Positions 18,084 through 28,610 are shown, counted from the stretch's first letter. The stretch is 64,000 bases of DNA from Candidatus Poribacteria bacterium (GCA_965214095.1 OZ243938.1:1600001-1664000); one strand, 5' to 3'. The notes: generated by a model from the sequence alone, not told the origin. Numbers and translations: made by a program.

Positions 18084-18857
18084 ATGTTAACTGTTTGTTA
18101 TGACCCTTATTCTGGCACATTAGGGAGATTTACTCGTGCTGAAATTTTCGACCTTGTCTCCGATGCTGGCTATGAAGGTATTAATATACCTGTGAATTCA
18201 GCGTTTCTCGGTGAACTTTCGGCATCTGAGATTGAGGATGCTGTAAGTCTTGCTGAAAAGCACAATCTGGTTGCACCGACGATTGGCTTTGGAAATCATA
18301 TTTTAACGACACCTACTCGAAAAGATGAAGCGTTACAGCACTTTGAGATCGTGCTTGAAGTTGCAAAGCAATTTGAAGCAGGTTTTATCGGTGTTTGGGT
18401 AAATCCATCTGCTGATGTTTCACGGCAGGATTCGTTGGATTCACTTGCAGATAACTTGACTCAGATGGTACCTGCATGTGAGGAACATGAAATTAAGATC
18501 GCGCTTGAATTTGAAAAAGGGTGTCCACTTGATAACTATCGGGAAGGTGTTGCATTTATCTCTGATACAGGATTGCCTGTATATCTGACCTGCGACACTT
18601 ATCATTTATTTAATGACAGTGCGGAACCCCATGCTGCAGCATTGGCAATGCAAACGTGTTTAGGTGATGTGCACATGTCTGGGAGCAATCGGGGTGAACC
18701 AGGTGGCGGTGTGTTTGATTTTGAGACATTTGCTAAGGGGTTGAAGGAGATTAATTTCTCAGGCCCGCTGGTAGTTCAGTATAAGATGGAAGATGTTGCG
18801 AGTATTAAACGGAGTTGTGATTTTACTCGGAAGTTTAGAGAGATGGTGCAGTCTTGA
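18084..18857 (+). CDS. Sugar phosphate isomerase/epimerase (AP endonuclease 2 TIM barrel)
   Basis: ALE, DTYH, DVHMSGSNRGEPGGG motifs. Confidence 0.85.
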   Translation: MLTVCYDPYSGTLGRFTRAEIFDLVSDAGYEGINIPVNSAFLGELSASEIEDAVSLAEKHNLVAPTIGFGNHILTTPTRKDEALQHFEIVLEVAKQFEAGFIGVWVNPSADVSRQDSLDSLADNLTQMVPACEEHEIKIALEFEKGCPLDNYREGVAFISDTGLPVYLTCDTYHLFNDSAEPHAAALAMQTCLGDVHMSGSNRGEPGGGVFDFETFAKGLKEINFSGPLVVQYKMEDVASIKRSCDFTRKFREMVQS

Positions 18858-18990
18858 GATAATGCCAATTCTATAAATAATATTCCTTTTGAAATAGAAT
18901 GTAAGAGGTATGGTTAGTAAACCGCACCTACTGGATCAATGAGAGATATTTTGGGTAAAATGGAGTTCATATACCTATTGTCAACTCACG

Positions 18991-20685
18991 TTACGGATCA
19001 GGGATTAATGGTTTTATATTGTTCTTTCCCGCTTCATATAGGTAAGCATCTCTGCCATTAAAATATGTCTTATAGACACTTTGCCAATCGCTGTTTGTTA
19101 ACCCCCATCTGGGAGCAGGACCAAGTTTAAAATAGATAATATTCGCTTCGTCAAGACTTTCAAATGGATAGTCCCCTACTGGTGCATCGCGTGTGTTGGG
19201 GACAAAAATGACAGCGTCGTGAACATCAAATTTCTTTACCAACGGTGGCAATTTCTGATAAACTGCACTCCAATTCTGATACACTTTCCCAATCCACACA
19301 TAACTCCATACAGTATTTACGCTGAGCAACAACAGACAAATTCCTGCTGCATAGGTAAGTTTATTAACCCATATCGGTTTTTTGAGTTGCTGATAGAGAA
19401 GATACATACCACGTGCTGTTAATGGAATGAATCCGAGGAAAATTGCTTCTGTGTAGTACCTGGCATTTACAGGTGTAAATCCCCATGTCGATCCTTCGAA
19501 ATAAAAGAATGCATAGAGTATCAAACTTCCCACAATAAAAGCCATACATAACACATCATATCTGTTTCGTGAGGAATGGAAAAATGGTATGAGTGCGAGG
19601 CACCATGGTATTAACAAGGGTAGAAAATGAAGGAAAAACTTGGGAGTTAGCTTCGGTTCAATTAGGAGTCTTGGTTTATAGTTGCCCCATCCAAGTGCGT
19701 TAAAACTGATGCACGGGAGAATGTGTTGCCATGTTCTTGTGACTGACCATTGCGGTTTGAATTCCCATCCACTATCAGGGTCAACATAATACCCTTCACC
19801 GCGTTTTCCAAAACCCACTTTATCTTTAGGTTGTGCGGCGGTGTGGGTGAAAGTGAACGGGTTTCCCGTAAAATGATTATTCCACGCCATACATACAAGT
19901 ATCATGAACGTAAAGGGTATTAAGAAAATCCCTAACCGAGTCATCAGTTGTTTCTGTGTAGGATTGTTTGTCTGACTCTGCTCATCTGTTTCGGTGGAAT
20001 CGTGCACAACTGTTGGTTTATAGAGGTGATAGAGTGCGAATCCTGCTCCGACAACACCGAAAACTATGGCGGAGAGTGGACGTGTATTGAAAGCATACCC
20101 TAAAGCGACTCCAGAGAGAATCGGATAAATTACATGTCGTTTCCCATTAAGGATTCGGACAAGCGTGAATAGAAAGAGAGTAAGGTAAAATCTGCTTACC
20201 GGTTCGCTGAACCATGTTGATCCCATTCCTGCCGTTGCGGGAGAGATCAGTGCAATAACCGCTGCTATAAGTGCAATAGGTTTACCATAAGTGTCTTTGA
20301 TTAAAAGGAACAGTAGAAATATTGCACCACCAGTTGCAAGTGCAGGGATAAGCCATGGCGCGTTGAAGAATACACCAAACATTAGCATGAGTGCATTTCC
20401 AAATGGATATTTGGAATACCATTTACCATTGAGCATGTTGATGTGTGGTGAAGGAGAGAGTCCATATTCCGGCATCGGTTTGCCGTTTGGGTCTTGGACA
20501 GGTGTTCCATCGGATGTTTGGATAGGCGTTGGTATAGATATTTTGCCTTGTGCGAACAACTTCGCTTGGAATAGATATGAAGCGGTATCGGGTTCAAAAT
20601 AAGAGAAGTTGAGGTATATACCGCTTAGGATAATGGAAAGTATGACACCGAGTATGGAGATTATGAGGATTGGTTTGTTTTTCAT
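18991..20685 (-). CDS. Polytopic membrane glycosyltransferase (GT-C, ArnT/PMT-like)
   Basis: 564 aa; many TM segments; DTASYLFQAK, SKYPFG, FNTRP, ARY motifs. Confidence 0.7.
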   Translation of the reverse strand: MKNKPILIISILGVILSIILSGIYLNFSYFEPDTASYLFQAKLFAQGKISIPTPIQTSDGTPVQDPNGKPMPEYGLSPSPHINMLNGKWYSKYPFGNALMLMFGVFFNAPWLIPALATGGAIFLLFLLIKDTYGKPIALIAAVIALISPATAGMGSTWFSEPVSRFYLTLFLFTLVRILNGKRHVIYPILSGVALGYAFNTRPLSAIVFGVVGAGFALYHLYKPTVVHDSTETDEQSQTNNPTQKQLMTRLGIFLIPFTFMILVCMAWNNHFTGNPFTFTHTAAQPKDKVGFGKRGEGYYVDPDSGWEFKPQWSVTRTWQHILPCISFNALGWGNYKPRLLIEPKLTPKFFLHFLPLLIPWCLALIPFFHSSRNRYDVLCMAFIVGSLILYAFFYFEGSTWGFTPVNARYYTEAIFLGFIPLTARGMYLLYQQLKKPIWVNKLTYAAGICLLLLSVNTVWSYVWIGKVYQNWSAVYQKLPPLVKKFDVHDAVIFVPNTRDAPVGDYPFESLDEANIIYFKLGPAPRWGLTNSDWQSVYKTYFNGRDAYLYEAGKNNIKPLIPDP

Positions 20686-20736
20686 TTCTTCATTTATGTT
20701 ACAATGGTTTGAAATCGCCTAATTTCAGTATTTCAG

Positions 20737-20764
20737 TTGACATGCTCATTAAATATGCTACAAT
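20737..20764 (+). promoter_or_regulatory. Sigma70 promoter
   Basis: TTGACA-N16-TACAAT with extended TG, upstream of 20813. Confidence 0.6.
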
Positions 20765-20812
20765 AGTATAGTAGATATATTACCACATTTTCAAATTGAA
20801 AGGAAACGAAAA

Positions 20813-22096
20813 ATGGATTTAACACGTCAACCACCGCGCCGTCCATCCAACTTAGGCGTTGCGGGTATTGTAGGTGCAGCACGTATGACTGACAAGGCTC
20901 GTGCTCATAACATGGAGATGCTCGGGGATTTTGTATATGGAAGGTATTCAGGTTTAGATCGTCGTATATTGGAGTTCTTGGGTATTTCTGCGGACGATTT
21001 TGCTGAAGCTGCAGATGAATATGACGATGCTGCGCTCAGTACTTGGATGCTGGAAAAGGGAAATAAAACAGAAGATGAGATTTCGGCATTTAATCAATCG
21101 GAGTTAGAACGATTGCCTGCCGATAAAAAACATAAGCAGTTGCTTGAAGAAAGATTAGCTAAATATGCTCCTGATAGAACAGATATTAAGACTGTCCTGC
21201 AGTCTATTGAACTTGACGATTGGGGTTGTTTCTGGCAGGTAGACCTTACGGTTCGTCCACCACGCAGTGCGCGTGCGAGAGATATTGCCGGTATTTGTGG
21301 TGTTGCGCGTATGGCAGATAAAGCACGTGCAGAACTCTCAGGGAAAATCGATGACTATAAATACGGTGATATTTCTGGACAGGATGTTCGGATTTTGGCG
21401 TTTCTTGAGGTCTCAGCAGATGATTTTCAGGAGGCAGCTGTTGCCAATCCGAACGATATTGAACTCGGTGAGTGGGTGCAGGAAAACTGCAATAAATCAC
21501 AAGAGGAAATTGATACCTACAATCAGGCAATGGTCAATCGGGGTCCGGACGAAACGACCCGTGAACGATTTGAAGCGCGTCGTCAAGAAGTGGATGCAAG
21601 TCGCACGGACATCACAACGTGGGTTGCACTGCAAGATTTGGATGACGAGTTGAGTTTCGGTATCGTTGACCTCAATCGGCGCGCGCCTCGTAGTCCTTAC
21701 AATACGGATGTTTACGGTATGGTGCATCTCGCTCGGTTGATTGATAAGGGAAGAGCATTTAATGGTAATACATTGGGTGAATATTTCTATGCAGAGGATT
21801 CGGGAATGGACAGAATGGCACTCGGTTTTCTCGGTGTATCTGCTGAGGAATTTACTGGTGCACTCAAAGAATATTCTACCGATGCTGAGATTGAGTCATG
21901 GCTGAAGGAGAACTATGCCAAAAGTGAATCAGAGATCAAAACGTTTAATGAAAAGATAACGAATATGGGTCCCCAAAATGAGCGGTATCAAGCCATGATG
22001 GACCGTATGCTCAAAAAACTGGGTGCTGAAGATTCGGATATTAGCACTTGGTTTGCAATGATGGACCTTGATGATGAGAAGACGTTTGCGTTGTAG
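20813..22096 (+). CDS. Protein with three tandem DUF5069-like domains
   Basis: Three units of DLxxxPPR/APR...AR(M/L)xDK(A/G)RA...Y...SGxD...FL...DLDD. Confidence 0.75.
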   Translation: MDLTRQPPRRPSNLGVAGIVGAARMTDKARAHNMEMLGDFVYGRYSGLDRRILEFLGISADDFAEAADEYDDAALSTWMLEKGNKTEDEISAFNQSELERLPADKKHKQLLEERLAKYAPDRTDIKTVLQSIELDDWGCFWQVDLTVRPPRSARARDIAGICGVARMADKARAELSGKIDDYKYGDISGQDVRILAFLEVSADDFQEAAVANPNDIELGEWVQENCNKSQEEIDTYNQAMVNRGPDETTRERFEARRQEVDASRTDITTWVALQDLDDELSFGIVDLNRRAPRSPYNTDVYGMVHLARLIDKGRAFNGNTLGEYFYAEDSGMDRMALGFLGVSAEEFTGALKEYSTDAEIESWLKENYAKSESEIKTFNEKITNMGPQNERYQAMMDRMLKKLGAEDSDISTWFAMMDLDDEKTFAL

Positions 22097-22170
22097 TCGT
22101 TGAACAATTTGTTTGTTTTGCATGATGACTTAAAAGGTAATTATGTGGGAATCTATTTCTCAGTGATGAA

Positions 22171-22370
22171 ATGATAGATGATGGAATTACTTACTTTGAT
22201 GTGGAAAATGCTTTACTTACTGGTAGAATTGTGGGAAGACAGAAATATCGACAAACAGATGAATGGAAATATGTCGTTGAAGGCAGAACGCATGGTTCTG
22301 AGATAGCGGTTGTCGTGTCAAGGTTCACTTCCAGTAGAAATTAGTTATCATTACCGTTTATGTAAAATAA
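22171..22370 (+). pseudogene. DUF4258-family toxin remnant (truncated, frameshifted)
   Basis: MIDDGITYFDVENALLTGRIVGRQK...EWKYVVEG then stop; the family C-terminus LVIITVYVK* lies in another frame; directly upstream of a YgiT-type gene. Confidence 0.65.
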
Positions 22371-22389
22371 ACCTATAAGGAGTTAAACT

Positions 22390-22617
22390 ATGATTTGTGA
22401 TGTGTGCGGAAAAGATGGGGCGCGCCAACGTCATCTGACTCGTAGTTATGGGAAAGGGGTATCGCTTTTGATTATTGAAGATGTACCTGTCATTTGTTGT
22501 CCTCATTGCGGTGAGAGATACATGACTGCACAAACATTGGAACAGCTTGAATGCATTAAAAGGTCCCCTGGGAATCTCGCGACAATACGCTCTGTACCGG
22601 TTGCAGTTTTCAAATAA
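22390..22617 (+). CDS. YgiT-type zinc finger / MqsA-like antitoxin
   Basis: MICDVCG...IIEDVPVICCPHCGERY; RBS AAGGAG. Confidence 0.85.
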   Translation: MICDVCGKDGARQRHLTRSYGKGVSLLIIEDVPVICCPHCGERYMTAQTLEQLECIKRSPGNLATIRSVPVAVFK

Positions 22618-22767
22618 CGCATGTCCATACTGGAGCATAAGCATTGAAAAACCTTGAAGCGATTGCAGATGTTGAGTCCGGTATGAGGACAGATGCGAAT
22701 GCCGAGTAGTGGGGTTTGATCCTGAAGATGCCACGGAAAATTATCAACATTTCTCAATAAGAAACAA

Positions 22768-23211
22768 TTGCAAAACAAAACCACATTGATAAATGGAGAA
22801 AAGATTTTGTATCTATATCATGGCAGCAAGCAATCTTTTCCAAAATTGAGAAAACGTAAGGCAAATGCCCCACCAGGAAGACCTGCGGAAGAAGCTTTAG
22901 AAGCGATTTATCTCACTCCAGACTTTCTTTTCGCATTAGCATGTGCAGCAAGACCACCCGGAGTTTCAAATATCGATCTGACAGAACGAACCATCTGCTT
23001 TGAAAATCCGGATCAGTTTGAGCCAAACGAGACAATTTACATCTATTTTGTAGATCCTACGAACATTTCAGAGGATAAGAAAATCTATATCGACCCGTGG
23101 CAGGTTGCTGTCACTGAGGATGAGATAACACCAGATAAGGTTGAAACCTATAAATCTGGCGATTTGCTGAAACACTACCGTGTGATTGATTCTTTGGATA
23201 AAACAGTTTGA
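22768..23211 (+). CDS. Hypothetical protein
   Basis: 147 aa ORF; LYHGS and IYLTPD motifs, weakly ADP-ribosyltransferase-like. Confidence 0.55.
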   Translation: MQNKTTLINGEKILYLYHGSKQSFPKLRKRKANAPPGRPAEEALEAIYLTPDFLFALACAARPPGVSNIDLTERTICFENPDQFEPNETIYIYFVDPTNISEDKKIYIDPWQVAVTEDEITPDKVETYKSGDLLKHYRVIDSLDKTV

Positions 23212-23293
23212 AGACAAGGGAGGACGAAGAATTGTCTCACAAGAACTAACAATTAGCAGGTAACAAGAACATATAAGGAATATATGTCTTTGA

Positions 23294-23480
23294 AGGGTGT
23301 GCATACTGTTTGGCTCTTTAACATAGGTAGGAACAGACTTCAGAGGCCGCTTGATTTATAGAAATCCCGTTTGTAGTAGCACAATTTATTCTGCATCTTT
23401 GAACTTGCTGACGGCACGTTGTGTGTCCAGACTACCTTTAATCGCATATTTTTAAATCGGAATTATTTATGCACATCCCT
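23294..23480. mobile_element. MITE, copy 1 (~187 bp)
   Basis: Terminal inverted repeats agggtgtgcata / tatgcacatccct; second copy at 26389-26574; internal gtagtagcacaatt REP-like core. Confidence 0.75.
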
Positions 23481-23794
23481 CAGTATAATTAACATATAAT
23501 AAAAGTATTTGTCAATATCGCAGAGGAAAATAATATTAATTAAACCTGTTGGAAACCTATTAGACCAGTCACAGAAAGGATTAAAGGGAAACGTGTTGTA
23601 AAAAAAGCAGGTGTCCCTCTAAAGAAAGGCGTTTAAGAGACCCCTTCCCCTAAACTTTGGTGCAGTTTAAATGGTACACCAAAATTTACTATATCAAAAT
23701 GAATAGCGTCCTTATGAGTTTACAATTCACGCTAAGGAAATAACGATTTAATATCTCTTGCTGCGTAGCATCTGTAGAAAAGGAGATTCGCGAT

Positions 23795-25411
23795 ATGTTT
23801 TTTGTAAGAATATTTCGGTTTATTACATTTATTTGTGTTTGTTTTACTTTATATATACCAAATTTATATTCACTTGAACCTTATACTGTGCGAACTGTCT
23901 ATTTCATGCCGACAGATAGTATTGACAGATCTGATTGGTTGGATTTAGATAATATTATGAAAAATAATCAGGAAGTCTATGAAAGCGAAATGGAACGTCA
24001 TGGATTTCTTGGCAAGACTTTTAGATTAGAAACCGATAAACAGGGACAGGTTATCGTGCATAAAATCAAAGGAAGGCATAACAAAGTACACTACAGTGGC
24101 GATACCTATGCTTTAGTCACACAAGAATTACAAGTCCGATTCAATGACAAGAAAAATATATATGCTATTGTCGTAGCGGGTATGCCAGGCCTCCAGTGGG
24201 GACAAGCAGGAGGGGTAGCAAGTGCAAGCCCTGGTGGATGGTGGAATAAAGGAGAAGATCACGCTTTTATCGTTAGCGGAGAAACTACATTAGCGAACAC
24301 AGAACAGGTAATCTTGCATGAGTTGGGACATGCCTTCGGTCTATGGCATATAGTCTTATACGATCCACAGGAATTTATATTAGGCAGTGGCAAAAAATTA
24401 TCCTTGCACGAAGCAAGATGGTTATCCAAATCTTACTATTTCAACGATGTGTGGATATTTGGTTTTGCACCAAGTATAGTAAATTTTCATGGAACTGAAG
24501 CATTCGGTAACGATATACGTTTCCGTGTTGATGTTACAGACCAAAACGGGTTACATCAGGCTTATGCTATGCTTAATACAAACATCGTCGGTTGGGATTT
24601 TCTAAATGGAAACGATGACACGGCAACTTTTGATGTAGAACGCAGGTTCGTTGAAAATGATACAGAACTTTGGATACAACTTATGGATAATGACGGTAAT
24701 TGGTTATGGTATCGTATAAATTACGTATTGCCCGAGCAACCTACAGCCGAAAACGATGGCATACAGAAATACCTAACGATAAGAGACAGGCGAATTCATT
24801 CCCTCGTGCCTATAAACAATGAAAACGAATGGTGTGGATGGGAAAACGCAGGCATTTTTGAAAAGCAGCCGAATAGACATAGACCACAATTACCGAATTG
24901 GTATATTGATGTGCCAAAGCTAAATGAATGGGATAGTTGGTTCTATTCACACGCGAAAAGTCGTTTTGTCTACGATGTGAGTAATGGCGGGTATAACAGA
25001 TTTGAATCACTTCTTTACATGCCGAATCCGTGCAATGGAACAGCAGATATAGAAATAATATGTTTAGCAGATGACGTTCAAGTATACCATTCTGATGTAT
25101 TGCGTCCTCCCGCTGCGCAAAACAAGCGGATTCTCGTAGACTTCCCAAGTGACACAAAAACATTCACGATAGAAGTAACGGATGCCAAAGATGGTATCGC
25201 TTGTGACCATTTTGTTTTGGGAAACGCACGTGTGTTTATTTCTGAGCCTGCTGATATTGATGACGACGTGGTTGAAAATGAAGTGGAAGACAACGAAGTT
25301 TGTGTAAACTGTATGGAAAATATAGACAAAGACACAATAGAAGAAGATTTATCAGTAAGTTTTCAGAATAAACTCACAACCCGCTGGGCAACAATCAAAG
25401 AGCGAAGATAA
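23795..25411 (+). CDS. Secreted zinc metallopeptidase with NPCBM/NEW2-like domain and Poribacteria-type C-terminal tail
   Basis: Signal peptide; HELGHAFGLWH; DAKDGIACDHFVLGNARV; acidic linker; VSFQNKLTTRWATIK. Confidence 0.8.
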   Translation: MFFVRIFRFITFICVCFTLYIPNLYSLEPYTVRTVYFMPTDSIDRSDWLDLDNIMKNNQEVYESEMERHGFLGKTFRLETDKQGQVIVHKIKGRHNKVHYSGDTYALVTQELQVRFNDKKNIYAIVVAGMPGLQWGQAGGVASASPGGWWNKGEDHAFIVSGETTLANTEQVILHELGHAFGLWHIVLYDPQEFILGSGKKLSLHEARWLSKSYYFNDVWIFGFAPSIVNFHGTEAFGNDIRFRVDVTDQNGLHQAYAMLNTNIVGWDFLNGNDDTATFDVERRFVENDTELWIQLMDNDGNWLWYRINYVLPEQPTAENDGIQKYLTIRDRRIHSLVPINNENEWCGWENAGIFEKQPNRHRPQLPNWYIDVPKLNEWDSWFYSHAKSRFVYDVSNGGYNRFESLLYMPNPCNGTADIEIICLADDVQVYHSDVLRPPAAQNKRILVDFPSDTKTFTIEVTDAKDGIACDHFVLGNARVFISEPADIDDDVVENEVEDNEVCVNCMENIDKDTIEEDLSVSFQNKLTTRWATIKERR

Positions 25412-25517
25412 CCAAACTGCTACAACGACGACAGCAACCACAGTAGAGTCAATCTGTGAACGGATGCTATTGATGAGAGAGCAACTCCAAAAGCACTTTT
25501 AGAAAAAGCACTCTATT

Positions 25518-25724
25518 TTGGACACAGGACGACAGATGCACAAGCAAATCAGAGAACAGACTGATAAACTCACGATACTTTTAAATGAAATTGATAACTT
25601 ACAAGACGATCAGCCTATCAAAATGAACAAGGCAGAGATGCGGATGGTAAAGACAGTTGCCAAGATTGCCAAACTCACAAAAGCACTTTTGAACCCGACG
25701 ACAAGGAAAACATATCATGACTGA
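25518..25724 (+). CDS. Small hypothetical protein
   Basis: 68 aa helical ORF; no recognised motif. Confidence 0.35.
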   Translation: MDTGRQMHKQIREQTDKLTILLNEIDNLQDDQPIKMNKAEMRMVKTVAKIAKLTKALLNPTTRKTYHD

Positions 25725-25869
25725 TAAACGCAGAAGGTATATCTACAGATCAGAGAGTATAACATCAAACTAACAGATGCACTCGATACGATTGAAAACA
25801 TACCACCAGAGAACAGCGATGAAAAAGTTTCAGACTAGGCAAGCATCTACCTATTGTACAGGAGTCCTT

Positions 25870-26388
25870 ATGAAAAAATTTTACTTTTTGTCATTAATTA
25901 CGTTTTTCATATTCATTTTTACAGGGAAAGCACCTGAAAGCCAAGATATTCCAAACAAAATTACGGTCGGAGTTGCAGTAGACTGTAAAGACAAAAGTGC
26001 TAAAAATCTTATTGAAAACAACATCAAGAAAGAACTTAGACAATTGCGGGATGTCGTAATCATTGAGCCCGAAAAAAAAGTCTCTAACTACATAATTTTT
26101 TCATCTGTAGTTGAGCATAGAGATACATTTGGACGTAAAAATGGTGGCATATCGCTTGTATCGCATAGCCTTGAACCTATATCTTTATATAGTAGACTAA
26201 AACCTCATTTATCACGTGAAAAACATAAGGAACTCTTCATAGAAACTGGAGAACTTCCAATCTATATTCAAAGGTATATTGCAACTTATATTGTAACAGG
26301 TGAGATTACAGAACTAAATAATCATTGTAAAATGGTTGTAGATAATTTTGAAACAAACGTTTTAGAAAAAACACGCAAAATAGAATGA
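25870..26388 (+). CDS. Hypothetical exported protein
   Basis: ATG 25870 after AGGAG; MKKFYFLSLITFFIFIF signal-like N-terminus. Confidence 0.65.
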   Translation: MKKFYFLSLITFFIFIFTGKAPESQDIPNKITVGVAVDCKDKSAKNLIENNIKKELRQLRDVVIIEPEKKVSNYIIFSSVVEHRDTFGRKNGGISLVSHSLEPISLYSRLKPHLSREKHKELFIETGELPIYIQRYIATYIVTGEITELNNHCKMVVDNFETNVLEKTRKIE

Positions 26389-26574
26389 AGGGTGTGCCTA
26401 AATATTTGGCTCTTTAACACAGGTAGGAACAGACTTCAGAGACCGCTTGATATACAGAAATGCTGTTTCTAGTAGCACAATTCATTGTGCGTCTTTGAAC
26501 ATTCTGAAAGCACGTTGTGTGTCCAAACGACCATTAATCGCACATTTAAATCGGAATTATTTATGCAAACCCCT
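26389..26574. mobile_element. MITE, copy 2
   Basis: agggtgtgccta ... tatgcaaacccct; same orientation and colinear with 23294-23480. Confidence 0.75.
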
Positions 26575-26611
26575 CATGTCTTTAAGGTTATACAAGAAAG
26601 GAAAATAAAAA

Positions 26612-27583
26612 ATGTATATTGGAACATACAACGCTATTTATAAAGTGAAAGAGAATGGGAACGATGAACCCATAAAGGTCTTTGAAGGTACAGACCACCA
26701 AGATCTTGATAGAAGAGGTCCTTATTGTGCAATGGTTTCTCTGTCAGATGGTCAAGCGGCAGCATGTGCCCTGTCGGATGGAACACTTCTGGTTTTATCG
26801 GAAGATGGTGAGCGGCGAATTCCAACAGGTATAGAAGATCCAATCGCTTCGTTACTTGTTGTTCGTGAGGATCCGTTGACAATGCTCATTGGAACGGATG
26901 AAGGTGCCTATGTGTATCGTCTCGTCGGAGAAGAAGGACCAGCAGAAAGGGTTGTTTCGTTTGACGAATTAGAATGTCGGGAAGATTGGTATACACCTTG
27001 GGGCGGTCCACCAGCGGTGCGGACTCTTGCTAAAACCAAAGACGGTTATTGTTATGCTGACATTCATGTTGGAAGTATCATGCGTTCATCTGATGAAGGG
27101 AATTCATGGGAACCTGTGACACCAGAACTCAATAAAGATGTCCATCAAGTGGTTACGTGTGCGGCGGACGATAATTATGTTTATGCAAACACTGCTAATG
27201 GTGTGTATGTCAGTACAGACCGTGGAGACTCTTGGGTGAACCGTCTTGATGGTTTGCCGGTTCGGTACGGCACGGCTATTGCAGTAGATCCATCAGAACC
27301 CGACTTGATGATCGCTTCAGTTCAAAACGGACCGAGAGGCGGTGGTGCTTGGCTTTGTCGTTCAGAGAATGGTGGGAAGACTTGGTCTGAACTCAACGAT
27401 CACCTCACGGAATCCACTGATCGTATTAGAACGGGTGGAATTGCCTTCACATCCAACGGAACAGCGTGGGCAGTTATCGGAAAGACGTTATACATCGGTC
27501 AGGAACGAGCCACTGATTGGCATCCTTTCTGGACAGCACCCGACCAAGACAATGAGTACCCTATACAGACTTTAGCTGCCTAA
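26612..27583 (+). CDS. BNR/Asp-box beta-propeller protein
   Basis: SSDEGNSW, STDRGDSW, SENGGKTW Asp-boxes. Confidence 0.8.
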   Translation: MYIGTYNAIYKVKENGNDEPIKVFEGTDHQDLDRRGPYCAMVSLSDGQAAACALSDGTLLVLSEDGERRIPTGIEDPIASLLVVREDPLTMLIGTDEGAYVYRLVGEEGPAERVVSFDELECREDWYTPWGGPPAVRTLAKTKDGYCYADIHVGSIMRSSDEGNSWEPVTPELNKDVHQVVTCAADDNYVYANTANGVYVSTDRGDSWVNRLDGLPVRYGTAIAVDPSEPDLMIASVQNGPRGGGAWLCRSENGGKTWSELNDHLTESTDRIRTGGIAFTSNGTAWAVIGKTLYIGQERATDWHPFWTAPDQDNEYPIQTLAA

Positions 27584-27607
27584 TATTTTTATTTGTAGGT
27601 TGAAAAA

Positions 27608-27973
27608 ATGAATGTCTTAGGAATTGACTTTACTTTCTTTGCTGTAAACGATATGGAGAAATCTATTACCTTTTACCGTGATGTACTTGGTATCCCACTT
27701 GCGGGACTGGCACATGAAGGTAAATGGGCAGAATTTCAAATTAATCCAGGAACGTTGGCGTTAGGAGAAGGTGATTTCTTTACGGAACCCGGTGGCGGAA
27801 TGGTAGCACTTGCTGTTGAGGACGCGAAAGCTGCCGTTGAAGAATTAGAACAAACTGGAATCGAGGTCATTTCACCGTTAGGGGAATCCGACGTATGTTA
27901 TTGGGCAGTTGTCGCCGATCCTGATGGGAATCGTGTCATCATTCATCAGCGAAAGGACAAAACTGTTGGTTGA
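27608..27973 (+). CDS. VOC/glyoxalase family protein
   Basis: FYRDVLG...DPDGNRVIIH. Confidence 0.9.
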   Translation: MNVLGIDFTFFAVNDMEKSITFYRDVLGIPLAGLAHEGKWAEFQINPGTLALGEGDFFTEPGGGMVALAVEDAKAAVEELEQTGIEVISPLGESDVCYWAVVADPDGNRVIIHQRKDKTVG

Positions 27974-28027
27974 GCAGTTGGTTAGGATTAGTATATATTG
28001 TGTCTATTATACTTGTTGCATTATATT

Positions 28028-28164
28028 TATAGTAAAATTTACAATTAATGAAACATATTGTCCCAATTGCCTATTCATAGAATGTCCGAGGCGCAATGAA
28101 TTGCGCGACTACGAAAGAGTTTTTCTAAATGTAAAGTGTATTGTTAATTTCAAATTTCACTATA
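28028..28164. repeat. Putative ~137 bp MITE with GTAG-REP core
   Basis: tatagtaaaatttacaattaa / ttaatttcaaatttcactata imperfect inverted ends; core gaatgtccgaggcgcaatgaattgcgcgactac at 28080-28112. Confidence 0.55.
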
Positions 28165-28244
28165 AATCTCCAACAGAACGGATGTATATAAATGTAGAGA
28201 TATTATAATTCAGTTGATTCTATTCCAATGGAAAGGTTGAAAGC

Positions 28245-28610
28245 ATGAATATTTTAGGTATTGATTATACTTATTTTGCTGTGCGCGATATGCAGAGATC
28301 TCTCGCTTTTTATCGTGATCTGCTTGGGATTCCGCTGTCATATATAATCTTTGAAGACACTTGGGCGGAATTTGAGATAAACTCAAGTGCATTGGTATTA
28401 GGAGAGGGTGACAATATTTCACCACCCGGTGGCGGCACAGTCGCGCTTGCTGTTGATGATGTGAGATCAACTGTAGAAGAATTAGAAAAAGAAGGTGTCC
28501 CTGTAAATTGGTCTCCAGATGAATCACCCGTATGTTATTTTGCCGTTGTTGAAGACCCTGACGGTAATCGTATTATTATTCACAAGCGAAAGGATAATAC
28601 ATTTGGTTAA
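28245..28610 (+). CDS. VOC/glyoxalase family protein (tandem paralog)
   Basis: Same length (121 aa) and motifs as 27608..27973. Confidence 0.9.
   Translation: MNILGIDYTYFAVRDMQRSLAFYRDLLGIPLSYIIFEDTWAEFEINSSALVLGEGDNISPPGGGTVALAVDDVRSTVEELEKEGVPVNWSPDESPVCYFAVVEDPDGNRIIIHKRKDNTFG

Noticed and set aside
23600-23760. Riboswitch or structured leader upstream of the metallopeptidase
   Set aside because: Only weak hairpins; no family consensus recognised.
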